Position numbers and translations under genes: made by a program
Part shown: positions 9,728 to 19,859 of the stretch, one piece after another
Layout: every line of letters begins with the position of its first letter
Numbering within the stretch: the first letter of the stretch is position 1
Notes under the pieces: generated by a model
What the model was told of the DNA's origin: nothing
Databases searched by the model: none
The model's input: the letters and a program-made list of their open reading frames with translations, nothing else
From: an uncultured Verrucomicrobiae bacterium
Lineage (GTDB): Bacteria > Chlamydiota > Chlamydiia > Chlamydiales > Rhabdochlamydiaceae
Direction: 5' to 3'
Assembly (NCBI GenBank): GCA_963839895.1
Contig: CAWIWQ010000001.1
Location: 626,724 to 690,723, forward strand
DNA: 64,000 nt

Positions 9728-11059
9728 ATGTCTGTTTCAACAACTTCAATTCCTCTCTTTTCTTACACTCGTCTTCATAACTTAGGCTTCAGTGACAATT
9801 TAGATCACGTCTACATTTTGGCTAAACGGCAACTTTTAAATATCGAAAATTATGTAAATAGTTCAACCGTCATTGATGATGCAGTATGCAAAAGAGAATT
9901 AGCTGCATTAAACGACTATATTCTTGAATGTGAAAAGTCCAAGACAGAATATTATCAAAGTGGCTTTAAGGGTCGCATTAGCAAAATTGCCACATTAATA
10001 ATCTCGAGATTAACGTTTAGCCGAACTCCGATGGAGCGGTTGGAACATATTCACAAATATCTGGATTTGCGGTTAATTAAATTATCAAAATCATTTGAGA
10101 TGATATCAAAATCAGATTTTGCAAAATACTTAAAAAAAGCTGACTCAATAGATACAAATCAACAAGTTCAAATTTACCAATTTGCAGATTTACCGGAAGT
10201 AGCTTTTATTGTAGATGATAATAAAGAGGTAAATCTTGTTTTTCCTAATATCGTTCCAATAGCAAAAGGAAGTTTAAAAGAGTTTCATATTGTAATAAAT
10301 TTGACTAAGCAGAAAAAAAGAGGCTTCTCAAGGCGAATTCGTCAAGACGCGCATTCGGTTGCACAGATGGAACGAGAAATTTGCTTTTCCAGATTGTTCA
10401 TGGAAAAGCACATCCCAATTCCTAAATTGAAAGCCGCAATAGGAAATCAATTAATTATTACTCAATATTGCAATCAAGGCAACTTAATGGATTACTTGCA
10501 GAATAATCCTGATTTACCTTTGAAGACAAAAATTGATATTGCGTGTCAAATTGTTAATTTTGTAGCTGAGTTGCATAAGGAATTTATAAATAAGCATGGT
10601 AATAAAGATAGTATAATTCATTGTGACATTAAACTTGAAAATGTGCTTATGAAAAAAAGAAAAAATGGTGAGCTCCGAGCTATGGTTAATGACTTTGATT
10701 TATCCATATATGAAAGTGAGGCTAAATTACATTATTTTCGAGGTTCCCCTGCGTGTTTTTCACCTGATGTAGCTGCTAAAAAACCGCCGACAAAAGCCGA
10801 TGACGTTTGGAGTTGTGGATTACTTCTCTTCAACTTATTTTGCCCTGATATACGCTTACCCTGGGATATCGATTGCGAGAATATTCATGAAATTTTTGAA
10901 GGTATTAGAGCTTTAGAAAAAGATTGGTGTATAAAATATCTCGAAAAGCATCAATTGCCTCCAGCATTGATTACTGTTATTAATTATATGCTGAATCCCG
11001 CTGCTAGTGAAAGACCTAATATCAATTCCGCTGCAAAAGCACTCGCTGACTTAAAATAA
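9728..11059 (+). CDS. Eukaryotic-like Ser/Thr protein kinase
   Basis: IAKGSLK (degenerate Gly loop), HCDIKLENVL catalytic loop, NDFD, GSPACFSPD, DVWSCG, ERP. Confidence 0.88.
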   Translation: MSVSTTSIPLFSYTRLHNLGFSDNLDHVYILAKRQLLNIENYVNSSTVIDDAVCKRELAALNDYILECEKSKTEYYQSGFKGRISKIATLIISRLTFSRTPMERLEHIHKYLDLRLIKLSKSFEMISKSDFAKYLKKADSIDTNQQVQIYQFADLPEVAFIVDDNKEVNLVFPNIVPIAKGSLKEFHIVINLTKQKKRGFSRRIRQDAHSVAQMEREICFSRLFMEKHIPIPKLKAAIGNQLIITQYCNQGNLMDYLQNNPDLPLKTKIDIACQIVNFVAELHKEFINKHGNKDSIIHCDIKLENVLMKKRKNGELRAMVNDFDLSIYESEAKLHYFRGSPACFSPDVAAKKPPTKADDVWSCGLLLFNLFCPDIRLPWDIDCENIHEIFEGIRALEKDWCIKYLEKHQLPPALITVINYMLNPAASERPNINSAAKALADLK

Positions 11060-11069
11060 ATAATTCCAT

Positions 11070-11400
11070 GAACCCTGCAAAATCGCCTCAAAAGTCACCC
11101 GATCGCCCCTAGCCCGCGGAATCGCTTACCGGATTGCCAGCTTATGCTGGCCTCCTATGATCTCTAGCACCTCGACGGCATCCGGGTCGTGCGGGCCACC
11201 ATAAAACATTAAAAAGACCTTATGGCCAAGTCGATGCGCCAAGAGGTGGTAGCCCCCTTATTTGACCTTTAATCGTGTCCTATTCCTCCATAAAGAGGAA
11301 TTTCAACGCATTTTCAAGGATCACTCTCATTGAGCTTGAAGAACTTAAAGCTACCGAATTCCAGATACTGTCGAACAATCTTCATAAATCATTGAAAATG
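11070..11400 (+). pseudogene. Degenerate duplicate of the 3' half of 8955..9605
   Basis: Aligns by eye with 9279-9614 (e.g. AGAGGTGGTAGCCCC, GAATTTCAACG shared) with indels. Confidence 0.85.
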
Positions 11401-11524
11401 AGAAGCTTATTTTAAGTATATGCTTTAAAGCTCTTATATTAAGTAATTTGCATCAATAATTAAAATGTTTAAAATAAATAATAATAAAGTTATAATTAGA
11501 GTATAAGTAAAAAAAGCAATCATT

Positions 11525-12964
11525 ATGGCTATAGTTACACAAAATAATACAATTTCACCAGAAGTAAAAGACTTGCTAGCGACGCAGGGATTTAATTCCA
11601 CATGTTATAATTCAACAGTATTAATTACGTTGAACAAAATTGATGAATTTTATGGCAATGAAATCTATTTACCTGAAAATGTTCGTCATCAAAGAATACG
11701 CGATTTCGTACAGGTATGTTCTGATTCGGTAGATGCTAATGTAAAAGCTGAAAAGGCATTTTTTTATAAGAATGGATTATTGGGTAAAATAAGTTACCTA
11801 GTAACTTGGATATTTGCAAAATTGGCGTTTAGTCAAACAGACTTAGAAGAATTGCAAGAAACTCAAAGAAAATTGCACTATTTCTCATATGCACTAGAAT
11901 TGTCAGAAGAATATAGTTTATCAATTTCTAAATGTCTGAAATTTTTAGATAAAATTAGTCATTCAAAAGTTGAGAAGAAATATACATACTCTGTTGTATT
12001 TCCCGAAGAGGTACCTTCAATACCTGACTATGAAATATTTGTTTTAGATCGCAAAAGAAGGATAATTCATTGTAATCAGCTTAATCCGGAAGGTTCTGGA
12101 ACTTTCAAATCTTTTTACAAAGCAAAAAATCTGATTACAAATAAAATAGTGGGATGTGCTGTAGTTGGCTCTCATGATAAAAAGCAATTGGAATCTTCCT
12201 TACTAGAAACTAACTTAACCAAGCAATTTACTCAATGGAGTATCCCAGTCTCCAAAATAAAAGCCATTGTGAAAAGGAAAGATGAGAATATTATAATTTG
12301 CAAATACTGTAATAAGGGTGATCTCAAAGCTTATTTAGAGGCTAATCCAAATTTGCCATTGGATAAGAAAATAGATATTATGTCTCAATTCATATCTGGT
12401 GTTGTTTTGATGCATTGTCATGATTTCCTTCATGGTGATATCAAGCCTGGAAATATACTTTTAAATGAATTCGCAGATAAGCTCGAAGTTTTGCTTAATG
12501 ATTTTGATGCTTCTGCCCCATTCACGAATAGAGCAACTGAACTGCAAGGGAGTTCACAATATTTATCACCGAGTCTAGTTCAACATCTACCGACACGTCA
12601 CAATAATAATGCCCGTATACGACGACCAAACCCGCGTACAAAAGCAGATGATATTTGGGCCTGTGGCTTGGTTGCATTTCAACTCTTTTATCCCAATCAG
12701 CAATTGCCCATGTTTGCTGCTGTAAGTAGTAGACTAGCAATTTGTGCTCCTATAATTCAAGGCTTACAAGAAGGTTGGTTAACATTTCCTGAGGCCCAAA
12801 CAGAGAAAGAAAGAAATCTCCAGGAATTAATCACCAAAATGCTTGATTTGAACCCTGATAACAGGCCTTCGAGTGAACAGGTCAAAGTTGCTCTAAAAGC
12901 TATCGATAGTATGTCTGAATCAAATGTTACTTTCCCAGAGACTGATCTGATTGGTAGCATTTAA
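11525..12964 (+). CDS. Eukaryotic-like Ser/Thr protein kinase (paralog of 9728..11059)
   Basis: EGSGTFKSF, YCNKGDL, HGDIKPGNILL, NDFD, GSSQYLSP, DIWACG, NRP. Confidence 0.9.
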   Translation: MAIVTQNNTISPEVKDLLATQGFNSTCYNSTVLITLNKIDEFYGNEIYLPENVRHQRIRDFVQVCSDSVDANVKAEKAFFYKNGLLGKISYLVTWIFAKLAFSQTDLEELQETQRKLHYFSYALELSEEYSLSISKCLKFLDKISHSKVEKKYTYSVVFPEEVPSIPDYEIFVLDRKRRIIHCNQLNPEGSGTFKSFYKAKNLITNKIVGCAVVGSHDKKQLESSLLETNLTKQFTQWSIPVSKIKAIVKRKDENIIICKYCNKGDLKAYLEANPNLPLDKKIDIMSQFISGVVLMHCHDFLHGDIKPGNILLNEFADKLEVLLNDFDASAPFTNRATELQGSSQYLSPSLVQHLPTRHNNNARIRRPNPRTKADDIWACGLVAFQLFYPNQQLPMFAAVSSRLAICAPIIQGLQEGWLTFPEAQTEKERNLQELITKMLDLNPDNRPSSEQVKVALKAIDSMSESNVTFPETDLIGSI

Positions 12965-13088
12965 GCTAGGAATGCTGCCTTATTTAGATGAGGAACATCC
13001 TTTTGTAATGAATACACTTCTTTCTTATTGTACGATTTTTTTGGTGTGCTATTTCGCCTATAGAAAGCCTGTGTAGTCAACATAAGAT

Positions 13089-14051
13089 CAATTATCAGAC
13101 GTTCTGTGTGTAGAAAACCCTGCCGAATTACGTTTGCTTAAACTGAGTTCAAAGCTGGAAGACGCGCTGATAGATTTTTAGAATATCGTCATCATCGATT
13201 GGGTCATTTATGGCTATCTCAGCCATTCGCGATGCAAGTACAGTATATTCTTCCAAGGACCTGCTATAATGAAACTGTGTGATTAATTTCTGAAGCATGT
13301 CAATTTCAAAGATAAATTTGGGGTTATTTTCTGCTATGAATTCTTTTAGAACTTCTTGCCATTTATTCAGATCAAATAGCAATTCTTGGTTTTGATATTT
13401 TTTATAATTAAGACGGAATTTTTTAATGTCAATCGACCAAGTCAATTCATCAAAGTCTAGTTTACATCTGTTTTTCAGGCTTTTAAAAATCCCATTAATC
13501 CGCTGGACCTGGGCTTCTATAGGTTCGTCGATTTGGCAAATCATAGAGCAGAATTGTTCTTTATGATAATCCTTAAAATCGTTTTCCGGAAAAAAAACAG
13601 GAGCAAAATGAACCTGAAACCTCTGAGCATTTTCATTCGAGTCAAATTCAAAGGTAATTATCGCAGTATCTTCGAATCGATCCCCTTGAATGTTTGTTAT
13701 TTTGGGTACCGAAGCTATTGCAGATGTTCTCGTGAGCAGCAACTGTGTGAGTTTTTGGACTTCCTCCAAGCTATTTAACGAAATTGTAAACGTCGAAGTG
13801 CGAACAGGATTGTTTTCCATTTGAAATTGGAGTGTAATTATAGCTGTGCTAGCGTTGACTAAAAAAGCTTTTGTGGCGCTAATTGGGATCTGCATTTGAT
13901 CTATTTCAAAATTATCACCTAACGCTCGAAAATTAGCTATCGCTGATACACACATGAAATTCTCCGAATGAATTCTGTTAAAAAACAGAACAGTTTATTC
14001 TTGGATCAAATTTAGGTGAAGAAGTTTTTCAGCGTGAACGTCTGATAATTG
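13089..14051. repeat. 16-bp perfect inverted repeats (13089-13104 / 14036-14051) bracketing one ORF
   Basis: CAATTATCAGACGTTC and its reverse complement GAACGTCTGATAATTG. Confidence 0.7.
13149..13955 (-). CDS. Hypothetical protein, member 1 of tandem paralog family
   Basis: Shares QKLTQLLLTRT / FDSNENAQRF / VFFPENDF pattern with 14132-14748 and 14842-15633. Confidence 0.7.
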   Translation of the reverse strand: MCVSAIANFRALGDNFEIDQMQIPISATKAFLVNASTAIITLQFQMENNPVRTSTFTISLNSLEEVQKLTQLLLTRTSAIASVPKITNIQGDRFEDTAIITFEFDSNENAQRFQVHFAPVFFPENDFKDYHKEQFCSMICQIDEPIEAQVQRINGIFKSLKNRCKLDFDELTWSIDIKKFRLNYKKYQNQELLFDLNKWQEVLKEFIAENNPKFIFEIDMLQKLITQFHYSRSLEEYTVLASRMAEIAINDPIDDDDILKIYQRVFQL

Positions 14052-14131
14052 CATCCTAAAACACCTGTTCAGGGGCAGACAAAGGCCGATATAGCATTTG
14101 TACTTAGTTTTGGTTAGTGGGATTGATCCAC

Positions 14132-14748
14132 TCATCCCATTCTTGAGTGTCGTTCCATTATTCCTTCAAAGTCATAAGGGATGGCAACTCCACGGACGTT
14201 TCGGTAAAATTGACCTGGAAATTGGGGATCATTATTGCTATATAAAGCATTCGCAATTTCATGGCCAAATGTGCGCTGATCAAGCTGCGTCAAAATACTA
14301 TTGATCCGTTCAACCTGCTCCCCTTTTTTGCTAATTACGGTGCACCGATTGCCATCGAGCTTATACTCAAACTCGCTCTCTGTAAAAAAGCAAGGTCCAT
14401 GGAACATCCGAAATTCTTTAGCATTTTCATCTGCACGAAAGATAAAAGTGTCACCTCTGCTGAGCTAGGTTTAATGCTTGTTAAATTATGAAAATTGAAC
14501 TTTGTTTTCGTTTGCGCGACGAGAAGTTGAAAACACTCTTTAGTCTTCTCTTGCGTCAGACAGTTTATAGCCCCAGTGGCTTTGTAAGATGACCCAATAT
14601 TTGATTGGCAGACAACGGTGACGGTATTATTCGATTGAGTTGGCCAACAGTTCGTGGCCGTATCTGCTTTGATCGATATTTCTCCAATTTGTAAGTGGTC
14701 GTTGTTCATTTTGATTGTGCAATCTACGGATGATGAGATAGAACTCAT
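14132..14748 (-). pseudogene. Frameshifted paralog (member 2)
   Basis: ORFs 14335..14748 and 14132..14407 join into one homolog if one base is added in the A4 run at 14444-14447, restoring TLFIFRADENAKEFRMFHGPCFFTESEF. Confidence 0.75.
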
Positions 14749-14841
14749 AAATATCCTTTGTTAAGGTTCTGTTAGGACTGATCAGTTTTTTCATCGAGTA
14801 TGCAAGGAATCAAAATTTTCTGCTAGCGAATTTAGCAAAAA

Positions 14842-15633
14842 TTAATTGAGTGGCTTCAGCGACAGTTCTTTCGTAATGGCCGCTGTTAAAATCATTTTCT
14901 CCATCTCAGTAAGATTAGAGCCAATTACATTGAATCCATTTATGGGTTGAGAAGAATTTTGCGTCTGGATCTCTTTTTCGAATTGACCAAGTACATTATC
15001 TACCATACAATCGCGCACTGTAACTTCCTCTTTTTCGAATTGTCCCAATTTATTCAGAGAATAATCCACGCGCTTAACAAACTGTGGAGAAACGATGAAT
15101 TGATTTTCTTTTCCACGATATAAGCAAAAGATCTCCGGATCTCCTGGTTGAGGTTCACACAAAGGGTCGCCAAAAATCCGCCGTTTTAAATAATTAATTC
15201 TTTCTATAATTCGATTCTGAGCATTTTCAAGATTGCGACAGATGACGATGCAGCGATTTCCTTCTAGTTTAGATTCGAATTCTCTCTTGGGAAAGAAACA
15301 AGAAAAATAGCAGGTTCCAAATTCCTGAGCTTCGGCTTCTGTGTTAAAAAACAAGTGTGCCAAATTGTTTTCTATTTCAATGGATTTTTGCAGTTTGGTA
15401 ACAATCGCCACATTTGTGCGCGCGATCAAAAGCTGAGCGCATTTTTGTACATTCTCAATCTTTTCCAATTGAAAATTCAAAGTACTCTGCTGCTTGTCTT
15501 TTGAGTAACAAAAAACACGCACTGAATTCGTCTGCAAGTTGATCTGACAAACCCTTATATCCTGGAGCGGAATTGTCATTCGCATAATTTGCAACTGATC
15601 ATTTTGGATTTGAAGGGGAAAATTTAAGCTCAT
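14842..15633 (-). CDS. Hypothetical protein, member 3 of tandem paralog family
   Basis: CFFPKREFESKLEGNRCIVI matches CFFTESEFEYKLDGNRCTVI of member 2. Confidence 0.7.
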   Translation of the reverse strand: MSLNFPLQIQNDQLQIMRMTIPLQDIRVCQINLQTNSVRVFCYSKDKQQSTLNFQLEKIENVQKCAQLLIARTNVAIVTKLQKSIEIENNLAHLFFNTEAEAQEFGTCYFSCFFPKREFESKLEGNRCIVICRNLENAQNRIIERINYLKRRIFGDPLCEPQPGDPEIFCLYRGKENQFIVSPQFVKRVDYSLNKLGQFEKEEVTVRDCMVDNVLGQFEKEIQTQNSSQPINGFNVIGSNLTEMEKMILTAAITKELSLKPLN

Positions 15634-15678
15634 GAACCTATCTCACTATTGAAAATATCGCCTCTAGAAGTTCTGATT

Positions 15679-16281
15679 TTAAGGAGGGCAAGGAAAACCG
15701 GGAATGCAGGGCGGTCCATCGCAGCGCAGCAGGGATTGGCATTCAACGGGTGCTGTCACAGCAGGAATTGGCGCTGGAAAAGTCAATATGAAAGTAAGAT
15801 CATAGCGGTCGGGATAAACCGGCTGAATCGCGGGAGGAGGAAGATAACCAAATGCTTGGATGAGTTGACGGATGGCGGTGTGGTGCCAACAGATCAGGAT
15901 ATTTTTGCCGTCGTAGCGACTGTCATTTAGAATCAAATTCGCTAAGATGGGCTCTTGCGGGGGTGCATAAGGAGAATGGATGGGCAGATTTAATAACGCA
16001 GCGGTAGGCACAAGCGTATCTATACAGCGAGTGGTAAAATCATCAGAGGAATGGATGGGACGAGAAGCAAACAATGCAAAAGGCAGGCCAAAAGTCAAAA
16101 ATTCCTCCGTTTGGCTGAAATAATGCGCGAGTGCGCCGGCCCTCTCAAAGCCTTGTTGTGTCAGACCAAATGTCCCTGGATCTTTTTCACCATGTCGAAT
16201 GATGATGACCTGCCCAGGCATTGCATGAGTTAGGGCCGTTGACAGCAAGCAAATGGCCAAAATGGCACTGATTTTTAACAT
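15679..16281 (-). CDS. Secreted histidine phosphatase superfamily protein
   Basis: IIIRHGEK motif, LTQQGFERA, RCIDT, CWHH; signal peptide; start moved to ATG 16281 behind GAGGAG RBS. Confidence 0.75.
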   Translation of the reverse strand: MLKISAILAICLLSTALTHAMPGQVIIIRHGEKDPGTFGLTQQGFERAGALAHYFSQTEEFLTFGLPFALFASRPIHSSDDFTTRCIDTLVPTAALLNLPIHSPYAPPQEPILANLILNDSRYDGKNILICWHHTAIRQLIQAFGYLPPPAIQPVYPDRYDLTFILTFPAPIPAVTAPVECQSLLRCDGPPCIPGFPCPP

Positions 16282-16288
16282 AACTCCT

Positions 16289-17293
16289 CTAAAAATCAAA
16301 TCGGGTGGAAAATACTCCCCCTTGAAGTTGCAAATCGCGGTTGTGGGAGACGAGATGAAACTCCCCTTGTTTGAGCGCATTTTGATGAAACAACACCAAA
16401 TATTCCCATCCCAGTTTAAAACTTAAAGCAAAACGCTCATGGGAAAATAGCGTCTTCCAAAGAATGCCGATACCTAAATCGGAAATCCACGCCAAATGAA
16501 AGGGAAAGGCATGGCGATCAAAACGCTTTGCGAATAAATAGGTCTCTTGTTGATGCACATGAAAAGAACCTAATAGCATGGAAATTGCAGCATTGGCGTA
16601 AAGGCTCCACCCCGCTCCCAAATAAAAACGGGGGTCAACGCCAACAGTGGGTCCCATCCCCCAATAATTGTTTTTCATTTTAACTCGGTCGAAATCGCTT
16701 AAGAAAATTCCGCCGGCATATTCAATGTCGAAAGCTTGATTGACCCAACCCGCTGTCAAAGATGCAAATGGTTTTAAGATAAAGCGATTAAAAGTAAAGT
16801 CGCGGGTAAATTTAAGATCGAGCAGATCTAAATGCAATTTCCAATGCATTTTGCCAAAGGAAACATGATCTCCCGAAATGATATCGCTGCCGATCGACCA
16901 AATCGGGAACATTCCAATAAAAGCATTTTCGGGATCTCCGCGCTGTTGATGAGAAAAAGCATGATAATGCGTCCAATTAAAACTAACATCCCATTTCTGA
17001 TGCGCAAACAAGTATCCGATCGCTAATCGATAGCCAAATTCCCAATCAAAACTCGGAAAGACCCTTCCTGCTTTAGTAAAATCATCAGTGATAAAAATAT
17101 CTTGCTGTTTGGTGAGGAAGGCAATGCTTTTTTCGCGCGGTAAAAAATAGAACGCATCGCCTGAAAGCCAAATGTCATAGCCGCATTTGACGCTCGGATT
17201 AAATGAGCTTTGCAGATTGAGCAGTTTTTCAACGTTAACCTGTGTGTATGTCGCAGCAGGCTTATCAGCGGTCCACATCTCCATGGAAATCAC
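16289..17293 (-). CDS. Lpg1974/Legionella MOMP-like outer membrane porin
   Basis: Beta-barrel pattern, FDWEFGYRLAIGY, YWGMGPTVG, C-terminal STRFDF. Confidence 0.75.
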   Translation of the reverse strand: MISMEMWTADKPAATYTQVNVEKLLNLQSSFNPSVKCGYDIWLSGDAFYFLPREKSIAFLTKQQDIFITDDFTKAGRVFPSFDWEFGYRLAIGYLFAHQKWDVSFNWTHYHAFSHQQRGDPENAFIGMFPIWSIGSDIISGDHVSFGKMHWKLHLDLLDLKFTRDFTFNRFILKPFASLTAGWVNQAFDIEYAGGIFLSDFDRVKMKNNYWGMGPTVGVDPRFYLGAGWSLYANAAISMLLGSFHVHQQETYLFAKRFDRHAFPFHLAWISDLGIGILWKTLFSHERFALSFKLGWEYLVLFHQNALKQGEFHLVSHNRDLQLQGGVFSTRFDF

Positions 17294-17338
17294 TCAGATG
17301 AATTTTCCCTTTAAAGATGTCGAGAAGGCAAATAAAAT

Positions 17339-17869
17339 TCAAAGAATTTTAATCTTCATCAAATAGTGAGGATTGCCTTTGAAGAAGCCTTTGCCGCGGA
17401 TGAATGTCGCGACTTTGGCAAAGCCGGCTTTATCGTAGATGTGGACACCGTGTTCATTTTTAACTTCCGGCTCAGCCAGCAGCGCCGTGACGGGAGGTTT
17501 TTGGAGCTCGGCGAACCGTTTTAGCGTGGGCGCTGAATACCCTTTTTCCAGAAAAGCTTTTTCGGCGATGGCAAAATCGATTAAGAGTGTCATCCCTTCC
17601 GGCTCTAACCAAGACATGCGATGGTCTATAGGTTGATCGGACTCTGAGGCATCGGATGTGAGAATTAAGCCAAACGGTTGTTTGTCATAATAGCAGATCC
17701 AGAACTCGTAACGGGTAGGCTGCCCTCTTAAATAAGCATCTAAATCCTCAGTTAAATTATCCCAATATTTTTTAATATGAGTTTGTTTCAGCCAGCCCTG
17801 AATTAGTTCTTTATCTGATTTAACTGCTTTCTTAAATGTAATATTATTGGTGTCCATTTCTTTCTCCAT
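17339..17869 (-). CDS. GNAT family N-acetyltransferase (AAC(6')/Acetyltransf_8-like)
   Basis: WLKQTHIKKYW, GYSAPTL, EPEVKNEHGVHIYDKAGF motif B. Confidence 0.75.
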   Translation of the reverse strand: MEKEMDTNNITFKKAVKSDKELIQGWLKQTHIKKYWDNLTEDLDAYLRGQPTRYEFWICYYDKQPFGLILTSDASESDQPIDHRMSWLEPEGMTLLIDFAIAEKAFLEKGYSAPTLKRFAELQKPPVTALLAEPEVKNEHGVHIYDKAGFAKVATFIRGKGFFKGNPHYLMKIKIL

Positions 17870-17929
17870 GCCACAAATCAGATCATTTTCATAGTATTTT
17901 TTTTATACAATTCATACGATGTGTGAAAT

Positions 17930-18724
17930 ATGACACTAATCTTGGCTTGTATTTTATATCTTGTACTCGGAGCAATCGCGGGCATCTTAGGCGGTTTATT
18001 AGGGATCGGCGGAGGAGTGATCACTGTCCCCTGTTTGCTGATCATTTTTCGCTATTTAGGCTATCCGCAAGCTTACGTGATGCACATGGCGATTGCCACT
18101 TCGCTTGCCGCTATGATTTTTACGACACTTTCTGCGACCTGGGCTCATCATAAACGAGGCGGTGTGCTTTGGGATGTGCTAAAAAAAATGCTGCCGGGTC
18201 TTTTAGTGGGTTCTGTGCTGGGGGCTTTAATTGCGATTTGGCTCTCGGGAATTATGTTGGAGATCTTTTTCGGCGTATTTCTCTGCTTACTCGCCGTGCG
18301 ATTTTACCGTCAAAAACCCATCCACTCTGGACGGCACCATTTGCCGAAAATGCCTCTCTTAAGTGTAATTAGCGGTTGTATTGGAGTCTTATCTAATCTT
18401 TTAGGCATCGGCGGAGGCAGCTTAACGGTGCCCATGCTGACGACGTTTAATGTTCCAGATAAAAAAGCGATTGGCACTGCGGCAGCGACAACTTTGTTCA
18501 CCTCGATCTTGGGATCCCTTTCTTACTTGATTTTTGCCTGGGGAATTATTCCGATTCCCGACACGGTGGGACTGATAAATCTTCCTGCTTTTTTAATTAT
18601 CGGCGGGGTGACGTTTTTCTTAGCACCCTATGGAGCCAAACTCACACATCAGATCTCGCCCCAAAAGGTACGTAAAATCTTCGCGATCGTTCTTGCATTG
18701 ACAGGGATATCTCTGATTATTTAA
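17930..18724 (+). CDS. Sulfite exporter TauE/SafE family membrane protein
   Basis: GLLGIGGGVITVP repeated as LLGIGGGSLTVP; about 8 TM segments. Confidence 0.88.
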   Translation: MTLILACILYLVLGAIAGILGGLLGIGGGVITVPCLLIIFRYLGYPQAYVMHMAIATSLAAMIFTTLSATWAHHKRGGVLWDVLKKMLPGLLVGSVLGALIAIWLSGIMLEIFFGVFLCLLAVRFYRQKPIHSGRHHLPKMPLLSVISGCIGVLSNLLGIGGGSLTVPMLTTFNVPDKKAIGTAAATTLFTSILGSLSYLIFAWGIIPIPDTVGLINLPAFLIIGGVTFFLAPYGAKLTHQISPQKVRKIFAIVLALTGISLII

Positions 18725-18734
18725 AAGACGAGTC

Positions 18735-19856
18735 ATGCCGTTTATTTTAAGCGATTTTAAACATATCCGCCCCCATCATGAAATCGATCAGGAAAAAAGC
18801 CAGGATTGGATCGCAGAGGTACATGCACGCGCTGAAAATCAAGAGGGTTTTCACGAAGAGATGCGCTCTAAGATTGCACGTTTAGGTTTGGGCAAAGATC
18901 GCATTGCTAATCGCGGTGTACATATCCCCGATTTTTCTCAAGAAGATTGGTCAAAGATGGAGATCTATCCTGTGCTTGAAAAACCACAGGGAAAAGGTTT
19001 TGCAGAGCGCAGTGCGTTCTTCGATCGGGAGGTCACACAGATCTTTCAGCGATTTTATCCAGAACATGCCGCTTTGCCCAAACATTTAATCCACGTCACC
19101 TGTACAGGATATGTTGCGCCGAGCCCCGCACAAAAACTCATATCGCTGCGATGTGCCGGACCTCACACAAGTGTGACGCATGCGTATCACATGGGCTGCT
19201 ATGGATCGATTTCAGCTATTCGCATAGGACTGGGTTTTACCGCTTTTGCCTCCCCTTCTCCGATAACTGTCGACATTGTCCATACAGAAATCTGTAGTTT
19301 GCATATTCATCCGTTACGACATGCCTTAGAACAACTCCTTGTGCAAAATCTATTTGCCGATGGTTTCATCAAATATACGATTCAAGCAGAGGCTTCAAAT
19401 AAACCTCATCTCAAAGTGTTAGCAATCCATGATGAGGTGATTCCTAATTCAGCGCATTGCATGACTTGGCGCTGTGAAGATCACGGGATGGGTATGACTT
19501 TGTCTAAAGAAGTTCCCGTTCTCATCGCACGTCATCTGGAGGGTTTTTTACAGCGATTATGCGCACTTGCCGGACTAAATTCTGCTGAAGTGATTCATGA
19601 GGCGTTATTTGCAGTGCATCCAGGCGGCCCAAAAATTTTACAGCAAATTCAAGAGTTGTTACAGTTAGACACCAGTCAAATCGACCATTCAACGCTTGTC
19701 TTAAAACACTATGGGAACATGTCTTCAGCGACATTGCCGCACATTTGGGAAAGAATGCTTGAAGATCCCCAAGTTCCACGAGGACAAAAAATCATTAGTC
19801 TTGCTTTTGGGCCAGGTCTGGGAATTGCAGGCGGACTATTTGAGCTGGAGAAATAA
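18735..19856 (+). CDS. Type III polyketide synthase (chalcone-synthase-like)
   Basis: HVTCTG, HMGCYG (catalytic Cys), VHPGGPKIL (His), GNMSSAT (Asn), AFGPGL. Confidence 0.9.
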   Translation: MPFILSDFKHIRPHHEIDQEKSQDWIAEVHARAENQEGFHEEMRSKIARLGLGKDRIANRGVHIPDFSQEDWSKMEIYPVLEKPQGKGFAERSAFFDREVTQIFQRFYPEHAALPKHLIHVTCTGYVAPSPAQKLISLRCAGPHTSVTHAYHMGCYGSISAIRIGLGFTAFASPSPITVDIVHTEICSLHIHPLRHALEQLLVQNLFADGFIKYTIQAEASNKPHLKVLAIHDEVIPNSAHCMTWRCEDHGMGMTLSKEVPVLIARHLEGFLQRLCALAGLNSAEVIHEALFAVHPGGPKILQQIQELLQLDTSQIDHSTLVLKHYGNMSSATLPHIWERMLEDPQVPRGQKIISLAFGPGLGIAGGLFELEK

Positions 19857-19859
19857 TCG

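Noticed and set aside
16282-16380. N-terminal extension of the histidine phosphatase ORF
   Set aside because: Overlaps the porin 3' end; RBS and signal peptide point to ATG 16281
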